The translations under genes were made by a program, and so were the position numbers. From IMG/VR virus record IMGVR_UViG_3300024232_000009, positions 24,243 through 88,242 of that record: a DNA stretch of 64,000 nucleotides; one strand, 5' to 3'. The notes beneath the pieces are model-generated. The model ran no database searches. It was not told where the DNA came from and saw nothing but the letters and a program-made list of their open reading frames with translations. Below, piece after piece: positions 34,443 through 42,853 of this stretch. This DNA comes from a virus (lineage: Duplodnaviria; Caudoviricetes). Position 1 is the stretch's first letter. Each line of letters opens with the position of its first letter.

Positions 34443-36446
34443 ATGTTCAGCGAATTCAAGGCCGCGATCGACCGCCAGTGGCAGGCGATGAGCAAACACG
34501 AGCTATTCCGCACCGGAGCCGACAAGGACGCGATGTGGACCACCTACCTCGGATCATTCCCCAAGGGGAGCAATCCGATCTTCCGCGAGCGAACCGAGCA
34601 TGATTGCTCGTGCTGCCGTCAGTTCGTGCGCGCGATCGGTGACGTCGTCGCCATCGTGGACGGCAGGATCGTGAGCCTTTGGGACATCGAAACGCCCAAC
34701 CAGGCCTATCAGACCGTGGCCCAGGCCATGGCCGAGCTTGTCCGTGAGAAGACCATCGACAACGTATTTCTGCACACCGAGGCGACCGCCGGCACCGACA
34801 AGAATTATGAACAGACCGACACTGGCGCACTGACATGGGAGCATTTCTTCGTGCGCCTGCCCAACAGCCGGGTTTGCAGGGGTGTGGATATCGGGCCACG
34901 GTTGTCCGAGACGCGCGCGCTTCATGACGTGCTGAAACGCAGCCTTGTCGAGATCAAGGTCGATGCCGTTGACGCAGTGCTGGAACTGATCGGACAGAAC
35001 GCGCTCTACCGAGGGCAGGAACATCAGCACGCGCTGACCACGTTCCGCCAGACACAGACCGCTTTCGCGCAACTCTCGCCGACGAACCTGGAACCGTTCG
35101 TGTGGTCCCAAATCGGCACGCTTCCCGGTTCGGTGTCCAAAATCCGCAACACCAGCATTGGTACGCTGCTGGTCGACCTGTCCGAGGGCATGGACCTGGA
35201 AGGCGCGGTCCGCAAATTCGAGGCCATGGTGGCGCCTGCCAACTACAAACGGCCCACGGCGCTAGTAACGCCGGCGATGGTGGCGAAAGCAAAGGCCACC
35301 GTGGAGGAACTGGGCCTTACGTCGGCCCTGGAACGCCGGTACGCCCACCTGACCGACATCACGGTCAACAACGTGCTGTACGCGGACCGGAGCGCCAAGA
35401 AGGCGATGAGCGGCGGCGCGTTCGATGACATCGCGACGTCGGCCGCGGTCAAGCCCGCGTCATTCGAGAAGGCCCAGAATGTCGGCATCGCCGAATTCCT
35501 CGCCGAGGTGCTGCCGCAGTCTACCAGCGTCGAATTGCTCGTGGAAAACCGCCACGCGGGCAATCTGGTCAGCTTGATCGCCCCGGTAGACCCGAACGCT
35601 GGCCAGTTGTTCAGGTGGGATAACCGCTTCTCGTGGTCCTATGCGGGAGACTTCGCTGACTCGGTGAAGGAGCGGGTCAAAAAGGCGGGCGGCAACGTCA
35701 CCGGGGAACTGTGCTGTCGGCTGGGTTGGTTCAACACCGACGATCTGGACTTTCACATGGTCGAGCCTGGGCCCGAGCATATCTACTATGCCAACAAAAT
35801 CAGCCGCGTGTCGCGCGGTCAACTGGACGTGGATATGAACGTCATGACCCTCGTGCGCGATCCCGTAGAAAATATCTTCTACGAGACAACCGCCAGGATG
35901 CGCGAAGGCACATACCAACTCGCCGTGAACCAGTTCACCAAACGGAACACGGCTGACGTTGGCTTTGAAGCTGAAATCGACTTCAAGGGCACTGTCTATC
36001 GCTTCGCCTACCCGAAAGCACTGCGGCTCGGCGAAACTGTCACGGTGGCCACCTTCCGCTACAGTCACGCCAAGGGGCTCGAAATCATTGAGTCCCTCCC
36101 GTCGACAACAACCTCCCGGAAGGTCTGGAATATCGACACAGGCACCTTCAACCGGGTGAACGTCGTCATGCTCTCGCCCAACCACTGGGACGGGCATGGC
36201 GTGGGCAACCGGCACCACTTCTTCATGCTGGCAAACTGCCAGAACGACGGCACCGCTCGGGGCTTCTACAACGAATTCCTCCGCGGCGACCTCGATCAGC
36301 ACCGGAAGGTGCTGGAACTCGTGGGTGCGAAGATGCGCACCGACGAGGCGACCAATCAGTTGAGCGGCCTCGGCTTCTCATCGACCCAACGCAACGACGC
36401 GATCGTTCGCGTGAACGGCGCGCGGGTTGTCCGCGTGCAATTCTAA
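34443..36446 (+). CDS. Large phage protein with N-terminal HDCSCC motif and C-terminal DUF2135/YfaP-like domain
   Basis: 667 aa, AAGGAG RBS; DLDFH..EP...HIYY...GQLDVDMN...PVENI pattern. Confidence 0.75.
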   Translation: MFSEFKAAIDRQWQAMSKHELFRTGADKDAMWTTYLGSFPKGSNPIFRERTEHDCSCCRQFVRAIGDVVAIVDGRIVSLWDIETPNQAYQTVAQAMAELVREKTIDNVFLHTEATAGTDKNYEQTDTGALTWEHFFVRLPNSRVCRGVDIGPRLSETRALHDVLKRSLVEIKVDAVDAVLELIGQNALYRGQEHQHALTTFRQTQTAFAQLSPTNLEPFVWSQIGTLPGSVSKIRNTSIGTLLVDLSEGMDLEGAVRKFEAMVAPANYKRPTALVTPAMVAKAKATVEELGLTSALERRYAHLTDITVNNVLYADRSAKKAMSGGAFDDIATSAAVKPASFEKAQNVGIAEFLAEVLPQSTSVELLVENRHAGNLVSLIAPVDPNAGQLFRWDNRFSWSYAGDFADSVKERVKKAGGNVTGELCCRLGWFNTDDLDFHMVEPGPEHIYYANKISRVSRGQLDVDMNVMTLVRDPVENIFYETTARMREGTYQLAVNQFTKRNTADVGFEAEIDFKGTVYRFAYPKALRLGETVTVATFRYSHAKGLEIIESLPSTTTSRKVWNIDTGTFNRVNVVMLSPNHWDGHGVGNRHHFFMLANCQNDGTARGFYNEFLRGDLDQHRKVLELVGAKMRTDEATNQLSGLGFSSTQRNDAIVRVNGARVVRVQF

Positions 36447-36460
36447 CCCAGGAGACCACC

Positions 36461-36826
36461 ATGTTCGAAAAAGCCACTCGCCTGAAACTGCGGTTTGAAA
36501 GCAGCCATGGGCCACTACTCGCGGAAGACCTCTGGGATTTGCCGCTGAAGTCCCTGGACAACCTGGCCGTCGGGCTGAAGCGCAGTCTCGAGACCGATAC
36601 GACCTCGTTCATCAACGAGAGGAAGCCGGACGAGACCGTGCAACTCCGCTTCGACATCGCGAAGCACGTCATCGACGTGCGGCTTAACGAGGCGCAGCAG
36701 GCCAAGGACGCGAAGGATCGGGCGCAGAAGAAACAGCAGATCCTCGGCATCCTCGCCACGCGCGAGAACGCCAAGCTGGAAGGCGCCAGCGAGGACGAAC
36801 TGAGGGCGCTGCTCGCCAGCCTCTGA
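36461..36826 (+). CDS. Phage protein (MFEKATRLKLRF...EDLWDLPL)
   Basis: AGGAG RBS; coiled-coil C-terminus. Confidence 0.75.
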   Translation: MFEKATRLKLRFESSHGPLLAEDLWDLPLKSLDNLAVGLKRSLETDTTSFINERKPDETVQLRFDIAKHVIDVRLNEAQQAKDAKDRAQKKQQILGILATRENAKLEGASEDELRALLASL

Positions 36827-36892
36827 CCGTGCCGCGAGACGTACCCGGGTCGTCCGGGGCGTTTCGTGCAACGGCCAGCACAGGAGGTTCCA

Positions 36893-37195
36893 ATTACAAA
36901 TCACCCTAATCGCAGCAAACGCACTGCTGCCACCAACGATACAGGTTACCCGCAGACGCCCGGGATCGAAGCCACGGCCAAGCAGGTAATCAGCGCCATA
37001 GAGCGCGGCGAACGCCTCGCGAGAGCATTCGACCGCCAGGACCGGATCAAAGCGAACGCCCGCGATATGTTCGCGGTCCTGCAAGCCATCTCCGGCTGCC
37101 CGCAGGCCGCTCCCTGGTTGGCTCGCCTGCCGTTTGGCGACGGCAACACCTGGGACGCGCTACAGGCCGTCCTCGTTGCGGTTGAAAATCAATGA
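36893..37195 (+). CDS. Hypothetical protein, possible ATT start
   Basis: AGGAGG at 36882-36887 followed by in-frame ATT; the ORF-track start 36866 lies upstream in an intergenic hairpin. Confidence 0.4.
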   Translation: MTNHPNRSKRTAATNDTGYPQTPGIEATAKQVISAIERGERLARAFDRQDRIKANARDMFAVLQAISGCPQAAPWLARLPFGDGNTWDALQAVLVAVENQ

Positions 37196-37359
37196 CCCCC
37201 GACACCCGCCGCCTGATCAGCCAGGCACTCGCGAAATCGTTGGCGTTCAAACAATGCGGCGACGATGCCAAGGCGTCCATGTGGGCGTGGCGCCTGCTGG
37301 AAATGCTTGGAGACGCGGGGATCCGCCCCGAGCCTTTGAGCGCGGAGGAAAAACCGTGA
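37192..37359 (+). CDS. Small hypothetical protein (55 aa); not in ORF track
   Basis: ATGA and GTGA overlaps on both sides. Confidence 0.55.
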   Translation: MTPDTRRLISQALAKSLAFKQCGDDAKASMWAWRLLEMLGDAGIRPEPLSAEEKP

Positions 37360-37736
37360 CCAATCTCTATGCGCTCGATGGCATCTGTCACAACGCTGAA
37401 CCGGGCACCTACGGCCACGAGTGCGGTAAGCCCGCGAAGTGGCTTGGCACGGGCGCCAGCGGCTTCCAGAGTGGCTTCTGCGACGATTGCAAGGCCCACG
37501 GCTACGAGGCAAAGGGGATGGTCGCATGGGTGCCTGCTGGCACTCCCTGGCGCGTCGAGCAATGGCGCTGCGATAGCGACTTCAAGGGCTGGCAGGTGGT
37601 GCGCGACCTCGATGACGGGGTGAAATCCTACGCTGCACTGCTGGAAGCCCCGACCGGCCCCGTAGACGGCTGGCGACACCGGATCGCGGCGCAAACGCTC
37701 GCGGTCGACCTCAATAAACGGGAGTTAGGAATATGA
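37356..37736 (+). CDS. Cys/His-rich hypothetical protein
   Basis: GGAGG RBS, GTG start; CHN...HECG...FCDDC. Confidence 0.55.
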   Translation: MTNLYALDGICHNAEPGTYGHECGKPAKWLGTGASGFQSGFCDDCKAHGYEAKGMVAWVPAGTPWRVEQWRCDSDFKGWQVVRDLDDGVKSYAALLEAPTGPVDGWRHRIAAQTLAVDLNKRELGI

Positions 37737-37981
37737 CGCTCCATCTTTTTTCGTGCGAAAATTCGGACAACGATATTTGTGGGCTGTGCGGTGAACGTGG
37801 TGCCGACAAGATGGCTCTATGGACCGGTGGCGGCGTCTACTGGCCTGGCGAGCATCGGCCAGATGGAGAAATGGTGCACCAAACGTGCGAACAAGCCGAG
37901 ACGCGCCGCGCGCACGCCGCTCTAAGCCAACCACAACGTGACGCGGTGTTACGATCAATTACAGGAGGAGCGTGGCCATGA
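37733..37981 (+). CDS. Small Zn-finger-like protein
   Basis: CGLCG...H..C; coupled. Confidence 0.55.
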   Translation: MTLHLFSCENSDNDICGLCGERGADKMALWTGGGVYWPGEHRPDGEMVHQTCEQAETRRAHAALSQPQRDAVLRSITGGAWP

Positions 37982-38199
37982 CAGAGATCGCCGGATACGC
38001 GGCGGAATACGCATCGACCGACGGCATGTTCTGCATGGGCTTCGGGGAGACCCAGGCCATCGCGCAAATGCGGGCGAACTTCCAAATCTCGGGCGCATCG
38101 GCCGGGATGAAGGCCCTGATGCGGACGCGGATCACCTATCGCCCGGTCGGGGCGGATGAGGCGAGCGAGATCATGGAAATGCTGGACACGCCCTACTGA
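37978..38199 (+). CDS. Hypothetical protein
   Basis: ATGA overlap; GGAGGAG RBS. Confidence 0.55.
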   Translation: MTEIAGYAAEYASTDGMFCMGFGETQAIAQMRANFQISGASAGMKALMRTRITYRPVGADEASEIMEMLDTPY

Positions 38200-38270
38200 A
38201 CAACGCCGGGACTGAAATCCGATTGAAAGCCGTTCCGTGACACACGGGACGGGCAACACCGGAGTCACCC

Positions 38271-38465
38271 ATGCAAATCACGTTGAACGCAATCACTTAC
38301 CGGCGCGTCCTCGACCTCGATGGCAACCCCGTCGTGCTACGTCCCAGCGGCAAACAATGGCGCGTCGCCTCGCGCGAACAAAGCGCGAAAATCCTGGCGG
38401 GATTGTTGAGGCCAGCACTCGGGAATGTCGTTCCGTATCGTACGGTCCCCGACAAACACACTTAG
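38271..38465 (+). CDS. Hypothetical protein
   Basis: GGAG RBS. Confidence 0.5.
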   Translation: MQITLNAITYRRVLDLDGNPVVLRPSGKQWRVASREQSAKILAGLLRPALGNVVPYRTVPDKHT

Positions 38466-38558
38466 ATTAACGATTTTTCGCTGGTAATTTCTTCAATCTT
38501 GCGATTTAACCGTGGGTGCGCGGTTTTTATCTGTCCCGCGCATACCCACCCCACACTT

Positions 38559-38598
38559 GGCCCGCCCTTCACTCGCTCGGGGGCGGGTCCTTTTTTTG
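38559..38598 (+). terminator. Rho-independent terminator at the convergence of plus and minus operons
   Basis: GGCCCGCCC...GGGCGGGTCC followed by T7. Confidence 0.7.
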
Positions 38599-38624
38599 TT
38601 TGTCGGGGAGCGCGCCCGATTCCG

Positions 38625-40283
38625 TCAAGCGTTAACCACCTCGGCGAACAACCCAGCATCGCGCTCCACCCGTCGGCGAGCCATATCAGCGTATTCCGGG
38701 TTCAACTCGATCAGGATGGCATCGCGGCCCAAACGATCAGCCACGAGGCCAGAGGTTCCGGCCCCGCCGAACGGATCCAACACAGTGCACGGGCGCACTA
38801 CGGCGTCGCATGAGCATGTCGGTTCCCAAGAATAGGCTTTCTCTCGCATCCCTTCGAGGATGCGGCGTTTCACGTCACTGGCGTTCTGCACCCCCGCGCT
38901 GTCGTGACCCTTCGTGGATCGCCCGCTATAGCCGCCAGAGGCGTCAGCACCGGACGCGGCGCGGTGCACCATGTCAGGCTCACCCTTGGTTGTAATCCTG
39001 GCCAACGGAGCACCACAGGCCGAACAACAGCCATGTGCGGACGTGGCCGCCAAGATGCAACGCTCTGCCAGATCGGGCGGAAAGGTGGCGAAGTGCGCCT
39101 CGGAGAATGGTTGCGTTGCCATGGTCCAAACATTCCGGCAATTCGCTCCCATCGCCTGCTGCTCGTCTTTTGGCATGGCGTCCCAACGATCATTGAAACC
39201 ATCGTGACGGCGTCCGTGTCCGCGTTGCTTGTCCGTTCGCCCCACCGCTTTCATGGTCCCATTGATTTTGGCCCCTCCGTTGGCTCTAGCCGAGCCCTCC
39301 TGCGCCTCAATATTTTGTGCCAATCTGGCGATAGATGCTTCGGCCATCGGTTGTCGGATTGCTTCCGCGTCCCAGAAATAATCATGACCTGACCACAAAT
39401 TGACGCGCTGCCAGATTTGTTTGACCTCCTCCGGTGAGCCGGATGGCGCGGTGCGGACCTCTTCTTTCGTTTTACGGTGTATCCAACGATAATCTGGTTC
39501 AGGGTGATTGCGCGTGCCCGACCTGTTCCGGTGCGTCCAGAATGTATGATCACCGGATTTTACGAACAGAAACAAATGCTCATGCGCTGAAGTAGGACGA
39601 TCGGTAACGCTTTCGGGCATGGGATTAGGTTTTGCCCAGATGATGTCGGACCGTAGCCACCACCCCGCAGAGCGCAGGGCAAATGCCGCCATCCAAGGGA
39701 TGCCGATCAAGTCTTTCGGCTTTAACCCAGGCAGCGGCATCCGATTGGGCTGTGTGTTGATGTGCCCTTGTCGAAGGAAGCGCGCCCCCTGTTCACCACC
39801 GCCAGGACTTCGACCGATGGAGCCCCCGCCGGTCGCATAGCTGTCGCCTAGATTCATGAACAGTACGCCATCATCCCGCAACACACGGCGCACTTCCGCG
39901 AAGACCTCAACGATATGGGCAATGAACAGTTCTGGGGTGGGCTCCAGGCCCAATGCCCCCGCCCATGCGCCGCAATGGTGGCAGAACTTCCCCTGCGGCA
40001 CCTTCGTCCGTAGCCACGCGACGCGCTTCTCTGTCGGTTGTTCTTCGTCTCGACCGTTCCGCGTTTGGTTCCATCGGCGTTTATCGGTGTGATTCGTGGC
40101 ATTGACCGCGATCACGTCGCCCCATTCGTGGTCGCATTCGGGATTACCTCCCCAAACGGTTGCATCCACTCCATAGTCGCGCAATCCCCAGTACGGCGGA
40201 CTAGTTACGCACATCTGCACGCTCGCATCGGGCAGCGTTTTGAGGATGTCGCGGCAATCTCCATGCAGCACCCTGATCGTCAT
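38625..40283 (-). CDS. DNA methyltransferase, beta class (N4-C/N6-A) with Zn-ribbon insertions
   Basis: CVTSPPYWGLRDY, WAKPNPMPES..DRPT.AHE, HFATFP, VLDPFGGAGT; start ATG 40283 (ATGA overlap). Confidence 0.9.
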   Translation of the reverse strand: MTIRVLHGDCRDILKTLPDASVQMCVTSPPYWGLRDYGVDATVWGGNPECDHEWGDVIAVNATNHTDKRRWNQTRNGRDEEQPTEKRVAWLRTKVPQGKFCHHCGAWAGALGLEPTPELFIAHIVEVFAEVRRVLRDDGVLFMNLGDSYATGGGSIGRSPGGGEQGARFLRQGHINTQPNRMPLPGLKPKDLIGIPWMAAFALRSAGWWLRSDIIWAKPNPMPESVTDRPTSAHEHLFLFVKSGDHTFWTHRNRSGTRNHPEPDYRWIHRKTKEEVRTAPSGSPEEVKQIWQRVNLWSGHDYFWDAEAIRQPMAEASIARLAQNIEAQEGSARANGGAKINGTMKAVGRTDKQRGHGRRHDGFNDRWDAMPKDEQQAMGANCRNVWTMATQPFSEAHFATFPPDLAERCILAATSAHGCCSACGAPLARITTKGEPDMVHRAASGADASGGYSGRSTKGHDSAGVQNASDVKRRILEGMREKAYSWEPTCSCDAVVRPCTVLDPFGGAGTSGLVADRLGRDAILIELNPEYADMARRRVERDAGLFAEVVNA

Positions 40284-40678
40284 GCCGCGCTCTCCGGCAA
40301 GAACCCGAGCATCCGGCTCGCCGCCGCGATACGCGCTGCTTCCTCCATCAGATCCAGCCCCCATTCCGTGGCGCACGTCTTTTCGCCGCGCTGATGCAAT
40401 TCGGAATGGTGCGCCGCACAAAGTCCGCAACAGTCCGTATCTGGCGGCTTTACCCCGGTGCCGCTCGAAGAGGATCGCCTCACATGGTGCGCGACCACAT
40501 AGGGGTTCTGCATCACATACCCGCGCCCGTGGGTGCGGATGCCCTCCATGATGCGCTCAATCATCGCTGGCGAGCACCACCAGCGGCAGCCGGGGACCAC
40601 GCAGCCCATGTACGACACAAATTCCAAATGTGGCCGACTGCGTATGACCGGCACCTTAAAGAATGGAACAACGCTCAT
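40280..40678 (-). CDS. DUF968/HNH-like protein
   Basis: RSRPHLEFV...CVVPGC; AHHVR...GTGVKP.D...LCAAHH.ELH. Confidence 0.7.
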   Translation of the reverse strand: MSVVPFFKVPVIRSRPHLEFVSYMGCVVPGCRWWCSPAMIERIMEGIRTHGRGYVMQNPYVVAHHVRRSSSSGTGVKPPDTDCCGLCAAHHSELHQRGEKTCATEWGLDLMEEAARIAAASRMLGFLPESAA

Positions 40679-40902
40679 CGCATTCCCACCCCTGAAATGT
40701 GCGGCGCGACCTTGCCGGGGCGCTCAGCTGGATTGTCGCGCCACCGCTCAATCAGCCGTTGCGCGGTCGCCGGAAGTCTGGCTTTCCACCGATCCATCGT
40801 GTGGAGGTCGATCTGGTAACCCTCGAACGCGAGCGCGTCGGCAAACTGACGCCTGCTTATGCTCCACTCGGCCAGCAGGGAGCGGAGTTCAGGTCCAGTC
40901 AT
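40675..40902 (-). CDS. HTH DNA-binding protein
   Basis: MTGPELRSLL...SRRQFADAL...TMDRWK. Confidence 0.6.
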   Translation of the reverse strand: MTGPELRSLLAEWSISRRQFADALAFEGYQIDLHTMDRWKARLPATAQRLIERWRDNPAERPGKVAPHISGVGMR

Positions 40903-41898
40903 GAGCAGCCTCGATGATTGCGCGCCCGATCAACTCGGGGATCAAGGGGTCTAGAGTATTTCCGGTGGCTTTCGTTCGGTCCATCCAATCGGGAGTCTCA
41001 TCATCCACTCCCGAAAGCGCGGGTTCATCCGGCCAGATCGATTCCCCGACATCCTGGCCACGACTTCGTTCAGCGGCCTCGAATTGGTCGAATGCGTTTC
41101 TTCCGAAGCCAAACCGGAACGCCAGTCTCGCGCCGTAGGGGTCGGCAGCGTTCCGGCGTGCTTCGTCTCGTATCCGCGCAAAACTGTCAGGAGGTCGCCG
41201 CGGCCACCCTTGTCCGCATCCGTCGCCCTGGGCGTCGGCAGTGCCGCTAGATGACGCAGTCCCGGAGAGTTCCCGCCGCCATGCCTCTTCCCGTCCTGGT
41301 TCCTCGGCCCCCAGGCCGGCACCGCATCGAACGCTGTCGGGGTCGGTAGACTGGGAAGGGACCGGTGTTTGAGGACACCCGCAAGGTTCATCCCGTGCGA
41401 GCGAGGCTTGTCCTCCCTGTCCGGACCGCCGTCCGTCGCTGTCGGCGTGGGCAACGATCCATACGCGGTCCCTCTCATGACAAGCGCCGAGGGCGTTCGC
41501 CGGTACGCAATCCCATTCAACACAATCCCCGCCCTCGGTCAAGTCTCCAAGAACGGTGCCCATTCCATCGTCAAGGAGAGCTGCCACGTTCTCCACAATC
41601 GCGATGCGCGGTCGAACCACGCGAATGGCACGCACCAGTTCCCGGTACAGTCCTGAACGCTCTCCGGTAACGCCGGCGCGTTTCCCGGCTCGGGAGATGT
41701 CCTGGCAGGGGAACCCGCCGCAGGAAACGCGGCACTTCTAACGTCTTCAAGGATCGGGACTCCTGGCCAATGACGCGCGAGGACATCGCGGCAAAATGGG
41801 TCAATTTCGACAAAAGCGACTGGTTCCATACCAGCGCGCTGGAGTCCCAAGGTGAAAGCACCGATCCCGCTGAACAGATCAAGGACGCGCCAGATCAT
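40889..41898 (-). pseudogene. C5-cytosine DNA methyltransferase alpha-type chain, frameshifted at ~41722
   Basis: Motif I LDLFSGIG is in one frame. Motifs IV (GGFPCQDIS), VI (IVENV), VIII (HERDRVWIVA) and X (KATGN) are in the -1 frame. About five residues are missing between FP and CGG. Confidence 0.75.
40951..41523 (-). CDS. Overlapping alternative-frame ORF carrying the C5-MTase motif IX-like segment (beta-type chain)
   Basis: Four LPTPxAxD repeats and MNPRFREWMMRLPIGWT; nested within the alpha ORF in another frame; GTG start. Confidence 0.65.
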   Translation of the reverse strand: MLNGIAYRRTPSALVMRGTAYGSLPTPTATDGGPDREDKPRSHGMNLAGVLKHRSLPSLPTPTAFDAVPAWGPRNQDGKRHGGGNSPGLRHLAALPTPRATDADKGGRGDLLTVLRGYETKHAGTLPTPTARDWRSGLASEETHSTNSRPLNEVVARMSGNRSGRMNPRFREWMMRLPIGWTERKPPEIL

Positions 41899-42077
41899 GA
41901 TATGCGCCTCAGATCGCCATCCGGCCTCCACGTCGCCGCGGCAATGAAAAGCACCATGGCCGCCGGAAGGCTCAGGAAGTGCATCAGGACGATGGCGCTA
42001 AGACAGCCCCATACCACCGCCAGCACGGCAAACGGGATCAGCAGCCCCCACGCGAAGCCGATGAAAAACCGCTTCAT
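41895..42077 (-). CDS. Small membrane protein
   Basis: Two hydrophobic helices; GGAAG RBS. Confidence 0.55.
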   Translation of the reverse strand: MKRFFIGFAWGLLIPFAVLAVVWGCLSAIVLMHFLSLPAAMVLFIAAATWRPDGDLRRIS

Positions 42078-42081
42078 GAAA

Positions 42082-42360
42082 TCACTTCCCGGTCCAAGCC
42101 ACGCGCAGCGCCTCAATTGAGCGGCACACAGTCCAGAGGTGGAACAGGGGCCCAGGCCCGTACACTTTCAACGCCTCCGCGATCGACGTCTTCTCGTTTT
42201 CCGCGGGAGAAAGATCACCTTGGACCACCCAGAACGGCGGCATCACCGTTCCGGCCTTCTCGTGGTGCGCCGCCAAATCGTGCATGAGGCCATGGGAGGC
42301 GACAAGCACGTCCTCGACGGCTTTGGTCGTGTCACGTAGACGATGGGACAGGTCGGTCAT
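42082..42360 (-). CDS. Hypothetical protein
   Basis: GGAGGT RBS, ATGA overlap. Confidence 0.6.
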   Translation of the reverse strand: MTDLSHRLRDTTKAVEDVLVASHGLMHDLAAHHEKAGTVMPPFWVVQGDLSPAENEKTSIAEALKVYGPGPLFHLWTVCRSIEALRVAWTGK

Positions 42361-42548
42361 GCAATTACCTCCAAATCTCGTTCAGCGATCGCCCGCGAAA
42401 AGCCGCTGACACACGGCAAGCCGTCCCATTCGACATGGACGCTGGTCCCCACTGCCTTGACGATACCAGACCGGGTGCCGACGTCGTCATACTTCCAGAC
42501 TTCGGCGCGAGCTTCCGGCGTAAGTGCGACACGATCGCCAGCTTTCAC
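42357..42548 (-). CDS. Small SH3-like beta protein
   Basis: GTG 42548 (GTGA overlap); KAGDRV...GIVKAV...VHVEWDG. Confidence 0.55.
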   Translation of the reverse strand: MKAGDRVALTPEARAEVWKYDDVGTRSGIVKAVGTSVHVEWDGLPCVSGFSRAIAERDLEVIA

Positions 42549-42853
42549 AATGGCAATTCCTCGACCATGAGTGCCGCACGGCGGTTCGCTGCCTGGACGC
42601 GCATGTGGTGCGGCCGATCGTGCCCCAGGTGGCATTTTTGACAAAGCGCCGCCAGGTTGGCTGGCCGAACGTCCTCCGGAGCATCGTTCAAAATGTGGGC
42701 TACGGTCAGCACGACGCGCCACCCAGACGGCAACTTCGCGCCCTGTTCGATGTCGCACCACTCGCATCTCCAGCCAGCGCACACGCGCACCCAAAGGCTG
42801 ATAACCGGCCACTCTGGCGGGTATCTGTGACGATTTTCCGCACGAATTGGCAT
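42545..42853 (-). CDS. HNH-family protein
   Basis: RCEWC...LTVAHI...NLAALCQKCHLGHD. Confidence 0.75.
   Translation of the reverse strand: MPIRAENRHRYPPEWPVISLWVRVCAGWRCEWCDIEQGAKLPSGWRVVLTVAHILNDAPEDVRPANLAALCQKCHLGHDRPHHMRVQAANRRAALMVEELPL

Noticed and set aside
41539-41541. TGA read as Trp (alternative genetic code) in ET*PRAG
   Set aside because: TGA is the functional stop in dozens of ATGA/TGATG overlaps across the window, so this is a point change, not recoding of the genome.
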